DNA of 62,478 nt, counting the filler. It is 5 parts of 5 records of this genome, joined end to end, with 100 filler letters (N's around TTAATTAATTAA, not from the genome) between each part and the next. Parts side by side here need not be neighbours in the genome. Positions count along the whole stretch, not along the records: positions 55,800 to 62,478 come from SRR31156797_3687; 4 more parts are not named here. One strand, written 5' to 3'. Of the stretch, positions 56,252 to 62,478 are shown one piece after another; position 1 is the stretch's first letter, and every line of letters starts with the position of its first letter. Below the pieces are notes generated by a model. It searched no databases. It worked only from the letters and a program-made list of their open reading frames with translations, and was not told the DNA's origin. Made by a program: the position numbers and the translations under genes.

Positions 56252-57103
56252 ATGGTCGTTCAATCCAAATCAGGCATTGAGACGCCGTCCGGCAAGGATG
56301 CCGCTTACGAAAATTTCCCGGTGGGATCGTGGCTTTTGCCGGCGCACCTGCGGCCGCACATTGCCGTTTTTTACGGATTTGCCCGAAGCGCCGACGATAT
56401 CGCCGACAATCCCGATATTTCCGCCGACGAAAAAATCTCCCGTCTGAAACGTTACGAAGACGCGCTTCTCGGCCGCGATTACGATTCGCCGACCCTGTCG
56501 AAGGCGCACGCCATGCGGGACTGTCTTATGGCGACAGGAATAAGCCCGCAGCACTGCATCGACCTGCTGGCGGCGTTCAGGATGGACGCCACCAAGCTGC
56601 GTTACGACGATTGGGACGACCTGATCGGCTACTGCACGCTTTCGGCGGCGCCGGTCGGACGCTTTCTGCTGGATCTGCATGGCGGCTCGAAAAAGGGGTA
56701 CGGCGCGTCGGACGCCCTGTGCATGGCACTGCAGGTGATCAATCATGTTCAGGATTGCAGGGACGACTACCTGAAACTCGACCGTGTTTACCTGCCGCAA
56801 ACTTGGTTGCGCGATTGCGGCGCGACGGTCGAGGATTTGGCCGCCAAAACGTCGAGCCCGCCGTTGCGCAGGGTCCTCGATCTGACGCTTGAAAATACCG
56901 AAGCCCTTCTCGCAACGGCGAAAAGCCTGCCGCGCGGGTTGATCTCGCGGCGTCTGGCCATGGAATCGGGCGCCATCATCGCCATCGCCCATCGTTTGAT
57001 CGGCCGCCTTCGACGCCAGGACCCGCTGGGATCGCGGGTCGAACTGTCGAAGACCGGTTTCCTGTGGTCCTGCGCGCGCGGCGCCGTTTCGGCTTTTCTC
57101 TGA
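56252..57103 (+). CDS. hpnC: Hydroxysqualene synthase HpnC
   Basis: YENFPVGS, ARSADDIAD, SAAPVGR, LQVINHVQD, DRVYLP. Confidence 0.92.
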   Translation: MVVQSKSGIETPSGKDAAYENFPVGSWLLPAHLRPHIAVFYGFARSADDIADNPDISADEKISRLKRYEDALLGRDYDSPTLSKAHAMRDCLMATGISPQHCIDLLAAFRMDATKLRYDDWDDLIGYCTLSAAPVGRFLLDLHGGSKKGYGASDALCMALQVINHVQDCRDDYLKLDRVYLPQTWLRDCGATVEDLAAKTSSPPLRRVLDLTLENTEALLATAKSLPRGLISRRLAMESGAIIAIAHRLIGRLRRQDPLGSRVELSKTGFLWSCARGAVSAFL

Positions 57104-57107
57104 TCGC

Positions 57108-58283
57108 ATGGAAACGTTTTTGACAGCGGCCGCCGCCTTGCCGGTTCTGGCCTGGGTTTTCCTTCTGTACTTCCGGGGCGGTTTCTGGCGCGCCGATCAG
57201 ATTCTCGATGCCGACGCGCATGACGGTGCCGAACATCCAGCCGTCGCCTGCGTCATTCCGGCGCGAAACGAAGCCGCGACCATCGCCAAAACGGTCCGTT
57301 CGGTCCTGGCCCAGGACTATCCGGGCGATGTTTCCGTATTCGTGGTCGACGACGTCAGCGACGACGGCACGGCGGACGAAGTAAAAACCGCCGCCGGGAA
57401 GGGGGCTCATGTCCGCCTGATCGACGGCAAGCCGCTGGCGGAAGGCTGGACCGGCAAGCTCTGGGCCGTCTCGCAAGGCATTGCCGAAGTTGAAAAGTCT
57501 GCCCCCGAAGCCGAATTTCTGCTGCTGACCGATGCCGACATCGAACATCCGCCGACAATCATCAGCCGTCTGGTATCAAAGGCGCGTACCGGCAACCTGG
57601 ATCTGGTTTCGCTGATGGTTGAACTCAGATGCCGCTCCTTCTGGGAACGTCTGTTGATTCCCGCCTTCGTCTTTTTTTTCCAGAAACTCTATCCCTTCGC
57701 CTGGGTCAACGATCCGCGCCGGGCAACCGCGGCGGCGGCCGGCGGCTGCATGCTTGTGCGGCGCCGGGCGCTGCGGGATGCCGGCGGCATTTCGAAAATC
57801 GCCGGGAACCTGATCGACGATTGCGCCCTGGCCCGGCTGATCGCCGGAAATGGCGGCGCGATCTGGTTGGGACTGAGCGACGAATCGATCAGCCTTCGCG
57901 CCTATGAAAAGCTGGCCGACATCTGGAATATGGTGGCGCGAACGGCCTTCGTTCAATTACGTCACAGTCCGCTTCTGCTTCTGGGCGCGGTTTTCGGCAT
58001 GGCGATGATTTACCTGGCGCCGCCGGTCTTTCTTGTCGTCGGTATCGTCGACGGTGATCTTGCGATCGCCCTGATGGGGGCGGGTGCCTGGACCCTGATG
58101 TCGGTCGCCTTCCATCCGACCATACGGTTTTACGGGCTGTCGGCGCCGTGGGCATTGTCCTTGTCGGCGGCCGCCTTTCTTTACACGCTGTTTACCGTCG
58201 ATTCGGCGCGCCGGCATTGGATCGGGCGCGGCGGCGCCTGGAAAGGCCGCGTTCAAGACCCGTCGCAGACGGGAAACGGGTGA
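57108..58283 (+). CDS. hpnB: Hopene-associated glycosyltransferase HpnB (GT2)
   Basis: IPARNE, GWTGKLWA, TDADI, FFFQKLYPF, IDDCALA, MVARTAF, WKGR. Confidence 0.88.
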   Translation: METFLTAAAALPVLAWVFLLYFRGGFWRADQILDADAHDGAEHPAVACVIPARNEAATIAKTVRSVLAQDYPGDVSVFVVDDVSDDGTADEVKTAAGKGAHVRLIDGKPLAEGWTGKLWAVSQGIAEVEKSAPEAEFLLLTDADIEHPPTIISRLVSKARTGNLDLVSLMVELRCRSFWERLLIPAFVFFFQKLYPFAWVNDPRRATAAAAGGCMLVRRRALRDAGGISKIAGNLIDDCALARLIAGNGGAIWLGLSDESISLRAYEKLADIWNMVARTAFVQLRHSPLLLLGAVFGMAMIYLAPPVFLVVGIVDGDLAIALMGAGAWTLMSVAFHPTIRFYGLSAPWALSLSAAAFLYTLFTVDSARRHWIGRGGAWKGRVQDPSQTGNG

Positions 58284-58315
58284 CGCCGCCGTCCGCGCGG
58301 TGTTATGGATTGTCC

Positions 58316-59188
58316 ATGCAATCGCCCGAAAGCAATCAGTCCGTGCAAGCCGATACCGCCGCCATCGAAGCCATGGTCCGCGAATCGGGCAGTTCGTTTC
58401 TTGCCGCCATGCGCCTGATGTCGGAGGAAAAGCGGCATGCCATGTTTGCGCTGTATGCGTTCTGCCGCGAGGTCGACGATATTGCCGACGACGCCGCACC
58501 GCTGCAGGAAAAACACCAAAAACTCGCCAATTGGCGGATCGAACTCGATCGCTTGTTCGAAGGCGCACCGAAAACGGTAATCGGGTCCGCGCTGCTTGCA
58601 CCGATCGGGCGCTGTTCCCTGGAAAAAAAGGACTTCCTGGCCGTTATCGACGGCATGGAATTCGACGCCGCCCCGAAAATTCGGGTCGCCGATGGGGCCG
58701 AACTCGATCTCTATTGCGATCGCGTCGCCGGGGCGGTCGGCAGGATGTCTTCCCGGGTTTTCGGTTTGGTGCCGGACAAGGGGAACGATCTGTCGGCGTC
58801 GTTGGGCCGCGCCCTGCAGTTGACCAATATCCTGCGCGACTTGAAGGAAGACGCCGGCCGCGACCGGCTTTATTTGCCGGCCGACATGTTGGCGGAACAC
58901 GGAATTGCCGATACGGAAAACCTGGACCGCGTATTTGCAGACGCCGCCTTTCCCCGCGTATGCGAAGCCGTCGTCACCCAGGCGTTGGGGTACTATGACG
59001 CCGCCGACGGGGTTATCGCCACATGCCCACGCAAAAACGTCAGGCCGGCGGTGATCATGAAGGAAATCTATCGCCGTATCCTCGATCGCCTGATCGCCCG
59101 TGGCTGGCAACCGTCGGCCCTCGATCGGGGCGTCGGCCTGTCGAAGGCAGCGAAGGTCTGGGTCGTCCTTCGCCATGGGGTGATCTAG
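58316..59188 (+). CDS. hpnD: Presqualene diphosphate synthase HpnD
   Basis: SGSSF..AM, YAFCREVDDIAD, YCDRVAGAVG, LQLTNILRD, RLYLP; alternative start GTG 58280 overlapping the hpnB stop. Confidence 0.92.
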   Translation: MQSPESNQSVQADTAAIEAMVRESGSSFLAAMRLMSEEKRHAMFALYAFCREVDDIADDAAPLQEKHQKLANWRIELDRLFEGAPKTVIGSALLAPIGRCSLEKKDFLAVIDGMEFDAAPKIRVADGAELDLYCDRVAGAVGRMSSRVFGLVPDKGNDLSASLGRALQLTNILRDLKEDAGRDRLYLPADMLAEHGIADTENLDRVFADAAFPRVCEAVVTQALGYYDAADGVIATCPRKNVRPAVIMKEIYRRILDRLIARGWQPSALDRGVGLSKAAKVWVVLRHGVI

Positions 59189-60448
59189 ATGGCGGGCCGG
59201 GTTGTCGTCGTCGGCGCCGGCGTCGCCGGGTTGGCCTGCGCCGTTGCGCTGGCCCGCCAAGGGTTCCGGGTCGAAGTGCTGGAAGCGGCAAACCATGCCG
59301 GCGGCCGGTGCCGGTCCTTCTTCGACGAGACGCTCGGATGCCGAATCGATAACGGCAACCACATTCTTCTCAGCGGCAATTCGGCCGCGTTTGCCTATTT
59401 AACCGAAATCGGGGCGGCCGAGACCATGGCCGGGCCGTCACGCGCCGAATTTCCGTTTTACGATCTCAAAACCGATACCGGCTGGACCCTGAAACCGAAT
59501 ACCGGGCGAATTCCCTGGTGGATATTTTCGCGTGGCCGCCGGGTGCCGGGAACCGGCATTGCCGATTATCTTCGCGGATTCGTCCTGGCGTGCTGCAAAC
59601 CGCAACAGACCGTCGCCGAGGTCCTTGGGCCGGGCGGTCCCCTCTATCGCGGATTTTGGGAACCGTTTGCCGTTGCCGTGCTCAATACCGCGCCGGAGGA
59701 AGCCGCCGCATCGCTTCTTTGGCCGGTCGTCCGCGAAACCTTCGGACGCGGCGAGGCCGCCTATCGCCCGCGCATTGCCGGCGAAGGGCTCAGCGAAAGC
59801 TTCGTCGATCCAGCCCTGGCTTTTCTTTCGGAAAAAGGCGCCTCCGTGTCGTTTGGGCGTCGTGTCCGGTCCGTCGAAATTGCGGACGATAGGGTCAATC
59901 GGCTGGAACTGGGGCAATCGTCGCTGCAAATCGACGACACCGATGCCGTCGTCCTCGCCGTTCCGGCGACCGTTTGCGCTAGCCTTCTGCCCGGTTTGAC
60001 GGTACCCGACGAATTCCGCTCGATCCTCAACGTTCATTTCAAGGTCGACGGCGGGCAATCACAACCGCAACTGCTCGGGTTGCTGGGCGGTACGGCCCAA
60101 TGGGTTTTCCGTCGCGGGCAAATCGCGTCGGTCACGATCAGCGCGGTGGATCCCTTGCTGGATATTGACCAGAAAGAACTGGCAACCCTGATCTGGGGCG
60201 AAGTCGCCCGCGCCTGCGGATTGCCGGCAGCGCCGATTCCGCCGCATCGAATTATTGCCGAAAAACGGGCCACGTTCGCCCAAACACCCGATCAATTGCG
60301 ACGCCGGCCGCAATCCCGCACCCCGGTCGGGAACCTGTTTCTGGCAGGCGACTGGACGGATACGGGAATTCCGGCGACCATCGAGGGGGCGATCCGATCG
60401 GGTAAAAAGGCGGCCGATCTTGTCATAAAAATGCAAGTAATGACTTGA
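59189..60448 (+). CDS. hpnE: Hydroxysqualene dehydroxylase HpnE
   Basis: GAGVAGL, GGRCRSF, IDNGNHILLSGN, EKRATF, LAGDWT..PATIEGAIRSG. Confidence 0.93.
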   Translation: MAGRVVVVGAGVAGLACAVALARQGFRVEVLEAANHAGGRCRSFFDETLGCRIDNGNHILLSGNSAAFAYLTEIGAAETMAGPSRAEFPFYDLKTDTGWTLKPNTGRIPWWIFSRGRRVPGTGIADYLRGFVLACCKPQQTVAEVLGPGGPLYRGFWEPFAVAVLNTAPEEAAASLLWPVVRETFGRGEAAYRPRIAGEGLSESFVDPALAFLSEKGASVSFGRRVRSVEIADDRVNRLELGQSSLQIDDTDAVVLAVPATVCASLLPGLTVPDEFRSILNVHFKVDGGQSQPQLLGLLGGTAQWVFRRGQIASVTISAVDPLLDIDQKELATLIWGEVARACGLPAAPIPPHRIIAEKRATFAQTPDQLRRRPQSRTPVGNLFLAGDWTDTGIPATIEGAIRSGKKAADLVIKMQVMT

Positions 60449-60575
60449 ACCGGGTCTGATAATTCTGCACAACGTTGAGAACGTGACTGGCGTTTGGAAA
60501 ATGGAGTTGGGGCAATCGGAAATTTGGTGCCGGAGAGGTGCCAAATAGTATTTTTGTCGATTTATCATGAGGGAA

Positions 60576-62478
60576 ATGACTTCACGAGACATCCAGGAAT
60601 CCCGCGACGAGCATATTGAACGACTCGTCGACGAGATGAAGGAATCCCTCTTTTCCGTACAGGCGGACGATGGCCATTGGGCGTTTGAACTGGAAGCGGA
60701 TGCCACGATTCCGGCTGAATATATCCTTTTAAATCATTTCCTTGACGAAATTGACGACACGATCGAAGGCAAACTTGCCGTCTATCTAAGGTCGATCCAG
60801 GGCGATCACGGCGGATGGCCCCTGTATCACGACGGCGACTTCAATATCAGCGCGTCGGTAAAAGCCTATTATGCGTTGAAAATGTGCGGCGACGACCCGG
60901 ACGCGCCACATATGACAAAGGCACGCGACGCCATCCTGGCATATGGCGGTGCTTCCAAGACCAATGTGCTGACGCGTTTCACGATGGCGCTGTTCGAACA
61001 AGTTCCATGGCGGGCGACACCGGTCATGTGGCTGGAAATGTTGCTGTTTCCGAAATGGTTCCTGTTTCATATCGACAAGGTTTCCTATTGGTCCCGAACC
61101 GTCATGGTGCCCCTGATGGTGCTGGAAGCCTTGCGGCCGAAAGCCCGTAATCCGCGCGGCGTCGGCATCGCCGAACTGTTCGTCACGCCGCCGGACGAAG
61201 AAAGCGATTATTTGGTCAATCCGACCGGCCATTGGATCGGAGAGGTGATGCTGTTCTTCGACCGGGTGGGCCGGATCGTTCACCCTCTGTCACCGCGATT
61301 CCTGAGACAGCGGGCGATCAAAAAGGCCATGACGTTCGTTACCGAACGTCTTAACGGCGAGGATGGCCTTGGTGGCATCTTCCCGGCGATCGCGAATTCT
61401 TTGATGGCGTTTGACGTTCTTGGGTATGCGAAGGACCACCCGGATTATGTGATTGCGCGGAAGGCCATCGACGGTCTCCTGGCGATCGACGGCGACAAGG
61501 GCTATTGCCAGCCTTGCCTGTCGCCGGTGTGGGATACCGGACTGGCGTCTCACGCCATGCAGGAAGCCGGCGTCGCGTTGGACGATGCCCGCCTGCACAA
61601 AGCCTTCGAATGGCTCGTCGACAGACAGATTCTGGATGTCAAAGGCGATTGGGTCTCGGACCGCCCAAACCTGCGTCCCGGCGGCTGGGCGTTCCAATAC
61701 AATAACGACTATTATCCCGACGTCGACGATACCGCCGTCGTCGTCATGGCGTTGCACCGCAGCGATCCGGAGAGATACAAGCACGCCATCGAACGCGGTG
61801 CCGAATGGATTCTCGGCATGCAAAGCCGAAACGGCGGTTGGGGGGCGTTCAACGTCGACAATACCCATTACATCCTGCAGCATATCCCGTTCGCCGATCA
61901 TGGGGCGCTGCTCGATCCGCCGTCGGCCGATGTCAGTGCCCGCTGTATCGGCATGTTGGCGCAGTTGGGGTACGACAATTCCCATCCCGCCATAAAAAGG
62001 GGTGTTCGCTATCTTCTCGACGAACAGGAAGAAGATGGATCCTGGTTCGGCCGTTGGGGCAACAACTATGTCTATGGAACCTGGTCGGTTCTGTGCGCCC
62101 TGAATGCGGTTGGCGAAGACATGGAAGCGCCGTATGTGCGGCGCGCCGTCGAATGGCTGAAAGCGCGGCAGGGCGACGACGGCGGCTGGGGCGAGGATTG
62201 CGGCAGCTATTGGCAGCATCGCCGCGACGAGGTCAAGATCAGCACGCCGTCGCAAACGTCCTGGGCCGTGCTGGGACTGATGGCGGCGGGAGAATTCGAT
62301 ACCGAAGAGGTCGAACGCGGTATCGACTATTTGCTTAATGCGCCACGGGACAACGGCAAATGGAAAGAGGAATATTTCAATGCCGTCGGTTTCCCGCGCG
62401 TTTTCTATTTGCGCTATCACGGCTATAGCGCCTATTTCCCGCTTTGGACGTTGGCAAGATACCAGGAACTGAACCGGT
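60576..62478 (+). CDS. shc: Squalene-hopene cyclase (3' end runs off the window)
   Basis: Manually read: GHWAFELEADATIPAEY, CQPCLSPVWDT, YPDVDDTAVV (DXDD), QW repeats, WFGRWG.NY.YGT, FYLRYHGY; GAGGGA RBS; absent from the ORF track because no stop is present. Confidence 0.96.
   Translation, partial: MTSRDIQESRDEHIERLVDEMKESLFSVQADDGHWAFELEADATIPAEYILLNHFLDEIDDTIEGKLAVYLRSIQGDHGGWPLYHDGDFNISASVKAYYALKMCGDDPDAPHMTKARDAILAYGGASKTNVLTRFTMALFEQVPWRATPVMWLEMLLFPKWFLFHIDKVSYWSRTVMVPLMVLEALRPKARNPRGVGIAELFVTPPDEESDYLVNPTGHWIGEVMLFFDRVGRIVHPLSPRFLRQRAIKKAMTFVTERLNGEDGLGGIFPAIANSLMAFDVLGYAKDHPDYVIARKAIDGLLAIDGDKGYCQPCLSPVWDTGLASHAMQEAGVALDDARLHKAFEWLVDRQILDVKGDWVSDRPNLRPGGWAFQYNNDYYPDVDDTAVVVMALHRSDPERYKHAIERGAEWILGMQSRNGGWGAFNVDNTHYILQHIPFADHGALLDPPSADVSARCIGMLAQLGYDNSHPAIKRGVRYLLDEQEEDGSWFGRWGNNYVYGTWSVLCALNAVGEDMEAPYVRRAVEWLKARQGDDGGWGEDCGSYWQHRRDEVKISTPSQTSWAVLGLMAAGEFDTEEVERGIDYLLNAPRDNGKWKEEYFNAVGFPRVFYLRYHGYSAYFPLWTLARYQELNR

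Noticed and set aside
56270-62420. Long antisense or alternate-frame ORFs in the hopanoid cluster (e.g. 58253-59362, 61290-62420)
   Set aside because: Shadows of hpn and shc genes in high-GC sequence; the real shc frame is missing from the track only because it lacks a stop in the window.

Overview
The window is not one replicon. It is five unrelated contigs joined by artificial 100-bp spacers (N44-TTAATTAATTAA-N44) at 26136-26235, 32469-32568, 43428-43527 and 55700-55799; taxonomic calls below are inferences from gene content, signals and base composition. (1) 1-26135: AT-rich Bacteroidota DNA (recurrent TAnnTTTG -7 promoters, gldB) with housekeeping genes. It includes a pheA-aminotransferase-DAHP/chorismate mutase-tyrA operon preceded by an unannotated Phe/Tyr-rich leader peptide attenuator, several repeat families, and a REP-like palindromic repeat at both ends. 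(2) 26236-32468: probably a Desulfobacterota-like organism, with gene remnants (RHS/YD repeats, a CxxC domain), a MerR regulator, a polar amino-acid ABC transporter, moaE and a beta-helix protein. (3) 32569-43427: a spirochaete-like contig with an apparently self-contained cluster of a sugar/polyol-type ABC transporter, two class III aminotransferases, an oversized 949-aa Glu/Leu/Phe/Val dehydrogenase and a ROK regulator. This is the best candidate for an undescribed system (amino-sugar, aminopolyol or aminocyclitol deamination). (4) 43528-55699: probably a non-Bacteroidota FCB lineage, with DUF2851, rfaE-II, SPOR, a PorZ-like protein, alaS, a divergent PlsY, an MFS transporter and a motif-degenerate Fic-like protein. 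(5) 55800-62478: GC-rich alphaproteobacterial hopanoid cluster (hpnM/mlaC-hpnC-hpnB-hpnD-hpnE-shc). No rRNA, tRNA, CRISPR array or intact transposase was seen.
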